The position numbers and the translations under genes were made by a program. Shown here piece by piece: positions 55,748 to 64,000 of a stretch of 64,000 bases of DNA (position 1 is the stretch's first letter; each line of letters starts with the position of its first letter). The notes under the pieces were generated by a model. The model ran no database searches. It saw only the letters and a list, made by a program, of their open reading frames with translations, and was not told where the DNA came from. This stretch comes from an uncultured bacterium. GTDB taxonomy: Bacteria > Cyanobacteriota > Vampirovibrionia > Gastranaerophilales > Gastranaerophilaceae. Location: positions 567 through 64,566 of the forward strand of contig CADCNV010000001.1 of assembly GCA_902802825.1 (NCBI GenBank), given 5' to 3'.

Positions 55748-57619
55748 TTAAAGATCTAAATCGGTTATTTCTGCTGCATCCTCCGTATCAACAATTATTT
55801 GTGGAGTAAGCATAATGACCATTTCTTCTTTAGATCTTTGTGTTCCTGTGCTTCTAAAGATCATACCTATAAATGGTAAATCTCCTAAGAATGGAATTTT
55901 ACTTACGTTTTTGGTTTCAGTTTCCTGAATCATACCACCTATAATTAGTGTTTCTCCATCTTTAATTCTTATCCCTTTTAAGGTAAGATTACGTCTTTGC
56001 AGTAATGTTGCGGCCAAATCCCGTTCACCTTCAACTTCACCGCCTGTGTATAATTGTCCTGCAATAGTACTGTAATCAGGATTAATATCCATAGTTACAT
56101 ATCCGTCAGGGCTGATAAATGGAGTAATTGTTACTTTTATACCGTTATCGCTTTGGATATCGTAATCTTTTTGTACCTGCGATGAGCCGGTCCCGGTTGA
56201 ATCCAGGTACTGAGAAGTAACTTTTGCAACATAATCTGATGTCAAGTCAATAACAGATTGCTGGCCGTTTGTGATAAGTATTCTCGGATTTGCAAGAACA
56301 CGCCCTTTATTATTTTCAATTATATAGTTGATAGTCCAAATTAACTGTGGAGAACCCGGCCATTGTCTGTATCTGATATCCCCGTTATCATCTTTTGATG
56401 TTGAGGTGCCTTTACCTTTTGCTTCTTCACTAAATCCGTGACCTGTCAAGAATATCGGATAATTGTTACCGCCACCGGAGCTTGCTGTGCGGATTCCGTT
56501 TGAAGCATTGAATGAAATACTTTTGCTCATATATTGCCATGTGTTATCAAAAGTTTTACTTCCGGATTCAGATAATGAAATAATTTGAACTTCCAAATAT
56601 GCTTGTGGTGATTTTATATCGTTTGCAGCAATATAATCTTTAATCATTTCAAGCTGAGTGGGAGAACCCCCGATAACCTGAACCATACCAATTGTCGGGA
56701 AGTATGAAACGGTCATATTTTTGAATGGTAAAGATGATAAGTCATTATTTGTCGCCTTTTGATCGACAGAACAAAGTAATTTCCCACCTCCTATTGCAAG
56801 ACTGTTCCCGCTTCCGCTGCTACCGCCACTAAAGGAATCTGATGCAAAGCCGGTCGGCACCCCTGCGGCTCCGCCTGTTGCTCCTTCCCCGTTACTCATG
56901 AAGGAAGGTATTAATGTTGAACATATTAAACCTGCCATTTCCGCGGGTGTGACGTGGTTGACTTTATAATTTGTAATGGTTGGTTTTTTATCGAATTGTT
57001 CAATAATTTTTTGAGCCATAAGAGCATCTGACTGAGTTCCCATTATAATCAATTCGTTATTTGCAGGATTGGTTGTAACTACCGGCTTAGATGATACTCC
57101 CGGGCTTATGCTTGTTTTACTAAATATACTCTTATTTAGAAAATCTGCGATAGATGCGGCACTTACATATTTTACAGGAACAATAATAATATCTTTTGCT
57201 CCTGCACCATAGTCGATATCTTCATCATCGGCTGTTGTAACTATCATTGTATTCCCCTGAATCCCATATTTGAGTTTACTTGTTGTTGTAACAAGAGCCA
57301 ATGCTTTTTGTAAGGTGACATTTACCAAATCCATTGTTACTTTGCCGCTAATGTTTTGCGCAAAGATAATGTTCATACCTGCCTGATCGGCAAACATTCT
57401 CAAAACTTGCGTTACGTCTGCATCTCTTAAACTCAAATTTACAATGGAATCCGCATTCTTGATTTGTAAATCGGAATTTATATCCATTGATTTTATTGGC
57501 TGCTGAGAACGAATAACAGGGGTGTCATCCTGTGCATAAACAACAGGAGAAACTCCGGTTAATACAAATGATAACATCATTACGCTTGCTATAATTTTTT
57601 TTCTGATTTTATTTTCCAT
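55748..57619 (-). CDS. pilQ: Secretin (PilQ/GspD family)
   Basis: C-terminal secretin domain (VSKIPFLGDLPFIGMIFR...MVIMLTPQI). ATG 57619 has a gggag SD and is followed by a signal peptide. Confidence 0.85.
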   Translation of the reverse strand: MENKIRKKIIASVMMLSFVLTGVSPVVYAQDDTPVIRSQQPIKSMDINSDLQIKNADSIVNLSLRDADVTQVLRMFADQAGMNIIFAQNISGKVTMDLVNVTLQKALALVTTTSKLKYGIQGNTMIVTTADDEDIDYGAGAKDIIIVPVKYVSAASIADFLNKSIFSKTSISPGVSSKPVVTTNPANNELIIMGTQSDALMAQKIIEQFDKKPTITNYKVNHVTPAEMAGLICSTLIPSFMSNGEGATGGAAGVPTGFASDSFSGGSSGSGNSLAIGGGKLLCSVDQKATNNDLSSLPFKNMTVSYFPTIGMVQVIGGSPTQLEMIKDYIAANDIKSPQAYLEVQIISLSESGSKTFDNTWQYMSKSISFNASNGIRTASSGGGNNYPIFLTGHGFSEEAKGKGTSTSKDDNGDIRYRQWPGSPQLIWTINYIIENNKGRVLANPRILITNGQQSVIDLTSDYVAKVTSQYLDSTGTGSSQVQKDYDIQSDNGIKVTITPFISPDGYVTMDINPDYSTIAGQLYTGGEVEGERDLAATLLQRRNLTLKGIRIKDGETLIIGGMIQETETKNVSKIPFLGDLPFIGMIFRSTGTQRSKEEMVIMLTPQIIVDTEDAAEITDLDL

Positions 57620-57644
57620 ATCTGCTCCCGATTTATTGTATTTA

Positions 57645-58508
57645 TTAAATTTTTCTTCCGCCAAATCTTTCTTTTAAATTATATATATCAGTTTGATTTG
57701 TATTCATTTTATCTTTAGAGAATGCTTCTCCTATTGCTGCAGAATAAACGTTTGAGCCCATAGCTGCAGTTACCCAGTTCGGAGTTATTTTAACTACTCG
57801 GTATTCTTGCCCTATTATTTTATCTCCAGGTCTTACCAGATAATCTTTATTATCTACATTAATTATTGCAGACGGGCTTTTGGTATTATACATAATACCA
57901 ACCACTTTCGTTTTTGTTATCTTAGCTGCAACCGTATGTGTGTCAAGTGAAGTTGGCGGTACAGGAAGATTGAATTTGTAAGGGCTGATATCATCTTGTT
58001 CTCTAACCGCATAATCCTGAAGTCTTTTGATTTCACGAATCCTTGCATTCTTAGCATTTGCTTCTGCAATCGCAGAAGATCTTGCTTTCTCATACTCAAT
58101 CATTTCATTATATGGCATAAACGGATTGCTTCTTCCAATTGTTGTGACATCGTATGATATTAAACTGTTTGGTACATCATCGTTAACATCAATATCAACA
58201 GATTTTTTATTCTTTCTATTATTTGTCGTAGGATTCTCTGTTCCCATATTATTCATATCCATATCGCCTTGATTTGGTGCATATTGACCCTGATCCATTC
58301 TTCGGTTTTTATTCCTGTTTCTGTTTTGCTCGGGGGTTGTACCATTGTCAAACGCCGGCTGTTGCATATCAGCTTGGGGCATATCAGGTTGTTGTAAATC
58401 AGGTTGATTCTGTGAATTCCCGCATCCGCCCAATAAAAACGAAAATACAAAAACCGTAGTTAAAAGCCCCAGCATATTAAAAATTTTAAATTCTAATAAT
58501 CTTCTCAT
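57645..58508 (-). CDS. PilP-like pilus assembly lipoprotein
   Basis: Lipobox FLLGGC after MRRLLEF..., then a Gln/Pro/Asn-rich linker. The C-terminal beta-domain (VVGIMYN...YLVRPGDKI...YRVVKI) is PilP-like. The listed TTG start at 58556 is less likely. Confidence 0.55.
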   Translation of the reverse strand: MRRLLEFKIFNMLGLLTTVFVFSFLLGGCGNSQNQPDLQQPDMPQADMQQPAFDNGTTPEQNRNRNKNRRMDQGQYAPNQGDMDMNNMGTENPTTNNRKNKKSVDIDVNDDVPNSLISYDVTTIGRSNPFMPYNEMIEYEKARSSAIAEANAKNARIREIKRLQDYAVREQDDISPYKFNLPVPPTSLDTHTVAAKITKTKVVGIMYNTKSPSAIINVDNKDYLVRPGDKIIGQEYRVVKITPNWVTAAMGSNVYSAAIGEAFSKDKMNTNQTDIYNLKERFGGRKI

Positions 58509-58812
58509 TTTACCCGTCAAGTCTTTCAATTTTTGATTATCCGTACATTTCGACAAATAACCACTCTATCACTAATAATAACATATTTCGTAATATTGGG
58601 CAAAAATGGTATGAATTATCATCTGTTTGATGTATTTTAGCTGAAATTCCTTTTGCTGTCGCTTTTTCTAAGGTTTATATTTCGTAACAGATTGTTTAAT
58701 GTTAAAAAAATCAATCTTTCGATTGAATATATTTATGTCGAAATTTGAAAATTCTATTTAAAAAAGCATAGCCGTGAATTATTTTGTTATTTTTTTATGT
58801 TAAAATGTATAC

Positions 58813-59379
58813 ATGCAAAGTAAAAGACTTTTCGTAATATCAGGTTGTTCCGGTGTAGGCAAAGGCACGGTTATAAATGAATTTATGAGACGAAATTCCG
58901 GTGATTTTATTTTGTCTGTTTCCTGTACAACCAGAAATCCACGCCCGAATGAAATTGATGGTGTAAATTATTTTTTCATATCAAAAGATGAATTTGAAAA
59001 GAATATAAAAGAAGATAAATTTCTTGAATATGCGCAGTTTGCTGAAAATTATTACGGAACCAAGAAAAAGTATGTTCGGCAAAAAATGGAAGAAGGTTAT
59101 AACGTAATATTAGAAATTGATACGCAGGGGGCTTTGCAGGTCAAAGATAAAATGTCTGATGCAGTATTAATTTTTATTGCACCTCCCAGTGTTGAAGAGC
59201 TTGAACATCGTTTGCGCGGGCGTCATACAGAAGATGAATCAACTATCCAAAAACGCCTTGCACAGGTCAAAATAGAACTTGAGCGCTCTTTAAAATATGA
59301 TTATACAGTAATTAATGACAGTGTAGAACGTGCAGTCGAAGAAATTGAAAATATCGTGAGGAATAATGTTACAAAGTAA
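58813..59379 (+). CDS. gmk: Guanylate kinase
   Basis: GCSGVGKGT P-loop and TTRNPRPNEIDGVNYFF. Confidence 0.9.
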   Translation: MQSKRLFVISGCSGVGKGTVINEFMRRNSGDFILSVSCTTRNPRPNEIDGVNYFFISKDEFEKNIKEDKFLEYAQFAENYYGTKKKYVRQKMEEGYNVILEIDTQGALQVKDKMSDAVLIFIAPPSVEELEHRLRGRHTEDESTIQKRLAQVKIELERSLKYDYTVINDSVERAVEEIENIVRNNVTK

Positions 59380-60643
59380 ACATATTTTAATAGGAGTAAC
59401 AGGCGGAATTGCAGCGTATAAAATCTGCACTCTGATTCGTGATTTTAAAAAATCCGGGGCAGAAGTAAAAATAATTGCTACGCCTAATGCATTAAACTTT
59501 GTTACAAAACTCACCTTGCAAAATTTAAGCCAAAACGAAGTTTATGTTGAAGAATTTGATGTTAAAAATTGGAAACCCGAGCATATTTCGCTTGCAGATT
59601 GGGCGGATATTATGCTTATTGCTCCGGCTACCGCAAATACTATAAGCAAAATTGCGCAAGGTATTGCAGATAATTTACTGACTTCTGTTGCCTGCGCATT
59701 TTCAAAAAAAATAATTATGGCTCCGGCAATGAATTGCAATATGTGGCAAAATGAAACAATAAAAGATAATATAAAAATATTGCAAAAGCGTGGAATTGAG
59801 ATATTAGAGCCGGAGAACGGTTTTTTGGCGTGCGGATATATGGGGAAAGGACGGCTTTGTTCATCAGATAAAATATTTAATGCGATTGAAGAAGCACTAA
59901 ATTATTCACAGATGCTGAAGGGACAAAAAATCGTTATAACAGCTGGCGGGACAATAGAAGAAATTGATCCTGTTCGTTATATTTCTAATTATTCATCAGG
60001 GAAAATGGGTTTGGCACTTGCCAAATCGGCGTATGATATGGGTGCTGATGTGGTATTTATTACAACAAAAGATTTTGATGTCCCGTTTAAGAAAGTTATG
60101 GTAAAATCTGCGCAAGATATGCAAAATGCTGTTAATGATGAATTTGACTCTTCAAATTATATAATAATGGCTGCTGCAGTTGCGGATTACAGAGTAAAAG
60201 AACATTCGGAGCAAAAAATAAAAAAAGGTGAACAGGATTCAATTACTCTGGAATTTGTTAAAAATCCCGATATTTTGGCAGAATTGTGTAATCGTAAATT
60301 ATTTAATTGTTCTGAAACCAATAAAAATGAGATTCTTCGTTTTGCTCAGAATGACGTTCAAGCTGAGGAATCGCACGACGTTAAATCAGCTTGCAATGAT
60401 AAACCTGTAATTGTTGGTTTTTGCGCCGAAAGTGAAAATTTGCTTGAAAATGCGAAAGCAAAAATTGCCAAAAAAGGTTGTGATTTTTTGGTTGCAAATG
60501 ATATTTCGCGAAAAGATATAGGTTTCGGGGTAAATGATAATGAAGTCACAATATTAAATAAAAACGGTGATATTCTCAAACTTGACAAAGCGCCCAAAAA
60601 TATTATTGCCAGAAAGATTTTGGAATGTATAAATATGAAATAA
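59366..60643 (+). CDS. coaBC: Bifunctional phosphopantothenoylcysteine decarboxylase / phosphopantothenate-cysteine ligase
   Basis: GVTGGIAAYK, PAMNCNMW and ITAGGTIEEIDPVRYISNYSSGKMG motifs. Carries a ~30-aa insert (…NEILRFAQNDVQAEESHDV…) relative to typical CoaB. Confidence 0.9.
   Translation: MLQSKHILIGVTGGIAAYKICTLIRDFKKSGAEVKIIATPNALNFVTKLTLQNLSQNEVYVEEFDVKNWKPEHISLADWADIMLIAPATANTISKIAQGIADNLLTSVACAFSKKIIMAPAMNCNMWQNETIKDNIKILQKRGIEILEPENGFLACGYMGKGRLCSSDKIFNAIEEALNYSQMLKGQKIVITAGGTIEEIDPVRYISNYSSGKMGLALAKSAYDMGADVVFITTKDFDVPFKKVMVKSAQDMQNAVNDEFDSSNYIIMAAAVADYRVKEHSEQKIKKGEQDSITLEFVKNPDILAELCNRKLFNCSETNKNEILRFAQNDVQAEESHDVKSACNDKPVIVGFCAESENLLENAKAKIAKKGCDFLVANDISRKDIGFGVNDNEVTILNKNGDILKLDKAPKNIIARKILECINMK
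60309..60393 (+). repeat. Hairpin-repeat-derived segment inside coaBC
   Basis: gttctgaaac...gctcagaatgac (related to the 28-nt repeat) plus an 8-bp stem, caagctga (60359-60366) / tcagcttg (60386-60393). Confidence 0.55.
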
Positions 60644-61317
60644 CAAAAAGAATAGAAAATTTTGCACCGACTGAAACTCAGGAGGATTGGGATTGTTCCG
60701 GCTGGGCAGTAAATGTTGAAGGATATGATAATATTGATAAAGCCATGCTTTGCTTAACGGTTACGAATGATGTTGTCAGGCAGGCAAAAGAGCAAAATTG
60801 TGATTTGATAATTTCGCATCATCCATGTTTTTATATTCCGCTTGATTGGTCAGGTATAAATATTTATTGTGCGCATACCAATATGGATAAAGCAAAAGGA
60901 GGAACAACCGATACAATTATTGGAGAACTCGGACTGTCAAATTACAAAATAAATGTAGAACATGAATTTTTGAGAATGATTGAATACAAAACGACGGTTT
61001 CGGCTTTCAGCGAATTATTAAGGCAAATTTCGCTCAATGCAAGATTGATAAACAATTATAAGGTGACCGGGCTGAATAAAATTGCATTTTGCGCAGGTTC
61101 CGGCAGTGAATTTATAAACGAAGCCAAAGAATTGGGGGCGGATTGTCTTGTAACAGGAGATTTAAAGTTTCACACAGCAATTGAAAGTCCGATTATTGTA
61201 TATGACATAGGGCATTTTGAAAGTGAAATTTTGATACTTCCGGTGTTCGAAAAAATAATCGGAAAAGATGTAAAAATAGTTTATGCGGATGAACACAGTC
61301 CGTTTAATTTAATATAA
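60625..61317 (+). CDS. Nif3-like dinuclear metal center protein (YbgI/YqfO family)
   Basis: WDCSGW, ISHHP and CAHTNMD motifs. Short (230-aa) form. Confidence 0.75.
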   Translation: MYKYEITKRIENFAPTETQEDWDCSGWAVNVEGYDNIDKAMLCLTVTNDVVRQAKEQNCDLIISHHPCFYIPLDWSGINIYCAHTNMDKAKGGTTDTIIGELGLSNYKINVEHEFLRMIEYKTTVSAFSELLRQISLNARLINNYKVTGLNKIAFCAGSGSEFINEAKELGADCLVTGDLKFHTAIESPIIVYDIGHFESEILILPVFEKIIGKDVKIVYADEHSPFNLI

Positions 61318-61326
61318 GATTTTTAT

Positions 61327-62082
61327 ATGAATATTTTTGGAATTATAAAAGAGTTATATTCCGGTAAGGATAATCTGATTGCGCAGCTGGGATTGTTTGC
61401 ACTAATCGGTATAATGACAATAGCTTTTAACGAGGTGATTTCTGCATATACGGGAAATACTTTGTATTCATTATTTGCAGTTCCATCTGAATTTGAGGTT
61501 ATAATATTTTCTTTGGCTGCAATTATAATAACTGTATTTTTTACAGGTTACATTTATAAATTTGTACATGACAGTTATACAAATGAAAAAGCAGAATTAC
61601 CCTCAATTTCAATGAATTGTTTTGTAACTTTTTTAAGACTTGTTCCGTTGGGTGTTGTTTGGGGAATTTATTTATTTTTTATAATATATGTCGGGTTGTT
61701 ATTGTTTGGTTATGGGGTATTTTTATACATATTTTTAGCAGCGTTGGGCATTTTGTTGCCTTTTATTAATATTGTATTTTTATTATTTGCAAAGGATTTT
61801 AAGTATAATTTAAAACTCTTCAATCCTGGAATTATTGTAAATATAATGAAAAAATCTTTTGTCCCGACATTATTATTTGTGATTCAGTATATTTTAATTA
61901 TGTTTATAGTTTTGTCTGTTTGTGTGTTTATTTCAACATACATATATGGCTTGAATGTGTCAAGATTTTCTCAATTAACTTATAGCTTGGTGGCTTTGTG
62001 CATTGGCTCATATATTCAGCAGGTTTTAAATCTCGCATATTATAATGGTTTGACGAAGATAATAAAAAAGAACCTGATATAA
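61327..62082 (+). CDS. Hypothetical polytopic membrane protein
   Basis: 251 aa with about 6 TM segments. No family recognised. Confidence 0.55.
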   Translation: MNIFGIIKELYSGKDNLIAQLGLFALIGIMTIAFNEVISAYTGNTLYSLFAVPSEFEVIIFSLAAIIITVFFTGYIYKFVHDSYTNEKAELPSISMNCFVTFLRLVPLGVVWGIYLFFIIYVGLLLFGYGVFLYIFLAALGILLPFINIVFLLFAKDFKYNLKLFNPGIIVNIMKKSFVPTLLFVIQYILIMFIVLSVCVFISTYIYGLNVSRFSQLTYSLVALCIGSYIQQVLNLAYYNGLTKIIKKNLI

Positions 62083-62090
62083 AATCAGGT
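62072..62090. terminator. Short hairpin between convergent genes
   Basis: acctgat / ataaa / atcaggt, then cctctttt. Overlaps the stop codon at 62080-62082. Confidence 0.4.
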
Positions 62091-62109
62091 CCTCTTTTAT
62101 CATATATAA

Positions 62110-63246
62110 TTATTTCTTTGTTTTTGGAGTTGTCCCATTTGCCTGTTTTTGCATTTCTTCAAGCTGGCTTGTAAGCTTTTTGGTAATTTCTTCAGGGTCG
62201 TATTGTTTATCAACATATTCAATCTTGGCTTTTTTCTTTGCTGCATTTACAATATCATCAATCGCTTTAATTTCTTTTTCGTTAGTTAAGCTTTCTTTAA
62301 GATTGTTTTTAACTTTATCAAATGATTCCGTTCCTGCAGGACGTCTGTCGGTTACAAATATTATGTGATAACCGAATTTAGTTTTAACAGGACCGACAAC
62401 CGTATTGGGTTTTGCTCCGAATGCAGCTTTTGAAAATTCAGGAACCATAACCTTTGCTTCAAAATATCCCAAATCCCCGCCTCTTTGAGCAGTTGTAGTA
62501 TCTTGTGAATATTTTTTAGCATATTGTGCAAATTTTGAACTGTCAGCTTTTAATTCTTTTGCTAATTTATTTGCTAATTCTTCTTGTGCTTTTACTTTTT
62601 CACCTATTTTATTTGCCATTTCATTTTCAGATAATTCTTTTTTACTTTGGCTTGCAATTTCCTGACTTAATTGCATAGGATCTGTCATTAACAAAATATG
62701 ATAAGCCCTTACTTGTTCGCCATGTTTAAATTTATCAATATTTTTGTTGTAGAAATCTTTAACTTCCTTGTCGCTTACTTTCGGATTTGCAACGGTTCTT
62801 GCCAGTTTTTGCATTCTGACCTGAGTTTTTACATCAGATTTTAATTGGTTAATACTTACATTATTTTCTTTTAATATTGCAGATAATCTTTCTTTGCCGC
62901 CGATTTTGTCTATAATTTTATTTATTGCTTCATCTACATCTTTATTTGAAACTTTAATTCCTCTTGCGTCTGCTTCCTGATTTAAAAGTTCTTCAATTAT
63001 GAGTTGGGTAATAACCGAACGTTCAGTCATCAGGTATAAAACACTGTTTTTGTCATTTTTAATATCTCCTAGTCCCATTTTTGCAAACGGAGATGCAGAC
63101 AATTGTTTATCCAGAAGTTTGTCAAAGTCATTTTGAGTAATTGCTTTGTCATTAACCTTAATTATTGCCTGTGAATTTTTTAATCCGCAGCCGGTAAATA
63201 ACATTCCTGCAACTAATAGTGTCGCTAAAAGTTTTGTTGATTTCAT
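62110..63246 (-). CDS. PpiC-type peptidyl-prolyl isomerase lipoprotein (PrsA/SurA-like)
   Basis: Lipobox LFTGC after MKSTKLL. Parvulin motif VRAYHILL...GGDLGYF...GYHIIFV. ATG 63246 lies 8 nt after the gagaggg SD. Confidence 0.8.
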   Translation of the reverse strand: MKSTKLLATLLVAGMLFTGCGLKNSQAIIKVNDKAITQNDFDKLLDKQLSASPFAKMGLGDIKNDKNSVLYLMTERSVITQLIIEELLNQEADARGIKVSNKDVDEAINKIIDKIGGKERLSAILKENNVSINQLKSDVKTQVRMQKLARTVANPKVSDKEVKDFYNKNIDKFKHGEQVRAYHILLMTDPMQLSQEIASQSKKELSENEMANKIGEKVKAQEELANKLAKELKADSSKFAQYAKKYSQDTTTAQRGGDLGYFEAKVMVPEFSKAAFGAKPNTVVGPVKTKFGYHIIFVTDRRPAGTESFDKVKNNLKESLTNEKEIKAIDDIVNAAKKKAKIEYVDKQYDPEEITKKLTSQLEEMQKQANGTTPKTKK

Positions 63247-63265
63247 TAACATATCCCTCTCTTTT

Positions 63266-64000
63266 TTAATATTCGTAACTAACCTTGCGTATATAATAAA
63301 ACAAATCATTCAAAATGTTAAATATTTCATCAAAATTTACATAAGATGTATTAATAATAATTATTGAAGATCCTTCTGTGCAAGCTTTTGGGGCAATTGT
63401 AAATTTTATTTTCCTTAAAATATTCGGCGGCAGTGTTCGTGCAACAAGATTCCACTCCGCTTTTGAATAAGGGGTATAAATCCTTATATTATCCTGTGCT
63501 TCTCGGATTGCGCTAATTTTTATTTCTGTTGCCCCAAGTCGTAATCTTATTAATTTTATTAAATTTTCAACAGATTCAGGCGGTTTTGAAAATCTGTCTT
63601 TCCATTCATCAACAATATAATCAAGTTCGGTAACTGATTTTACATCCGCCAGACGTTTATATTCAATCATTTTTTGTTCTGACGAGCCGACCCATTCATC
63701 AGGAATATAAGCGGTTACATTAATATCAACGATTGTCGGCTGAGTTTTGTTTACTTTTTCTCCTTGGAGTTCTTTTACGGTTTCATCCAAGAGTTCACAG
63801 TATGTATCGAACCCGACATTTACCATGTGACCGTGTTGTTTTGTTCCCAATATGTTTCCTACTCCGCGAATTTCAACATCGCGCATTGCAATTTGGTATC
63901 CGCTGCCAAGAGTTGTAAATTCTTTGATGGCTTTGAGTCGATCTGTTGCATCTTTTGAAAGTTCTTTGCTTCGTTTATAAAAACAATAGCAATATGCCTG
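63266..64000 (-). CDS. mfd: Transcription-repair coupling factor, C-terminal part (5' end beyond the window)
   Basis: AMRDVEIRGVGNILGTKQHGH... and a TRCF C-terminal domain. The frame stays open from 63886 to base 64000. Confidence 0.85.
   Translation of the reverse strand, partial: QAYCYCFYKRSKELSKDATDRLKAIKEFTTLGSGYQIAMRDVEIRGVGNILGTKQHGHMVNVGFDTYCELLDETVKELQGEKVNKTQPTIVDINVTAYIPDEWVGSSEQKMIEYKRLADVKSVTELDYIVDEWKDRFSKPPESVENLIKLIRLRLGATEIKISAIREAQDNIRIYTPYSKAEWNLVARTLPPNILRKIKFTIAPKACTEGSSIIIINTSYVNFDEIFNILNDLFYYIRKVSYEY

Noticed and set aside
52452-58508. The pilP-like/pilQ/pilB/pilC cluster with adjacent SDR and TPR genes as a novel secretion system.
   Set aside because: The components are standard type IV pilus/T2SS assembly genes. 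Pilins and pilMNO are merely absent from this window, and the SDR and TPR genes have no evident functional link.
1-64000. Prophage, integrase, transposase, toxin-antitoxin or known defence-system genes.
   Set aside because: No ORF shows recombinase, RT, nuclease-helicase, Cas or TA signatures. The only regulator-like small gene is a lone XRE HTH (25166..25492) with no partner toxin evident.

Overview
This is an AT-rich chromosomal window from a diderm, apparently anaerobic and fermentative bacterium. The diderm call rests on Skp/OmpH chaperones, a secretin, a TpsB barrel and Mla-type permeases. The Ycf23/DUF561 protein and the TGD/Mla-like permeases suggest a non-photosynthetic cyanobacterial-lineage organism (Melainabacteria/Vampirovibrionia-like), but that is inference only.

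About 60 protein genes are supportable, and most are housekeeping:
- Central metabolism: ADP-forming acetyl-CoA synthetase, asd, gmk, coaBC, and a GltD/NfnB-like oxidoreductase.
- Translation, replication and repair: rpmI-rplT, rpsF-ssb-rpsR, trxA, and a partial mfd.
- Envelope and quality control: the pgpH...ybeY-dgkA neighbourhood, ftsH, and a MlaE/MlaF set.
- C1 and hydrogen metabolism: gcvT-gcvH-gcvPA, and a trimeric NuoE/NuoF/[FeFe]-hydrogenase (HydABC) operon.
- Secretion and pili: an orphan TpsB outer-membrane transporter and a pilP-like/pilQ/pilB/pilC type IV pilus operon.

No rRNA, tRNA, CRISPR array, integrase, transposase or recognisable defence genes were found.

The most unusual content is non-coding:
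1. A family of foldback elements bounded by tacataaa-type terminal inverted repeats and packed with GC-rich hairpins. Stems change by compensatory substitutions while loops stay conserved. Copies lie at 3681-4151, 7003-7482 and 22991-23114, and related hairpin mosaics lie at 19947-20175 and 25882-26038.
2. A conserved GTAGGTYGG hairpin placed just upstream of the Shine-Dalgarno sequence of rpmI, ssb, rpsR and the ycf23-like gene.
3. A 28-nt hairpin repeated exactly at two loci, with a relative apparently inserted in frame inside coaBC.

Other notable points:
- A perfect 55-bp tandem duplication frameshifts a LysM/proline-rich membrane protein gene.
- An orphan corrinoid Fe-S protein pair (AcsC/AcsD-like) lies downstream of the glycine-cleavage genes.
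- The TpsB gene has no TpsA partner, but a small paralog of its own N-terminal extension sits immediately upstream.
- A 1201-aa Asn-rich membrane protein and several Cys-rich exported proteins have no recognisable family.
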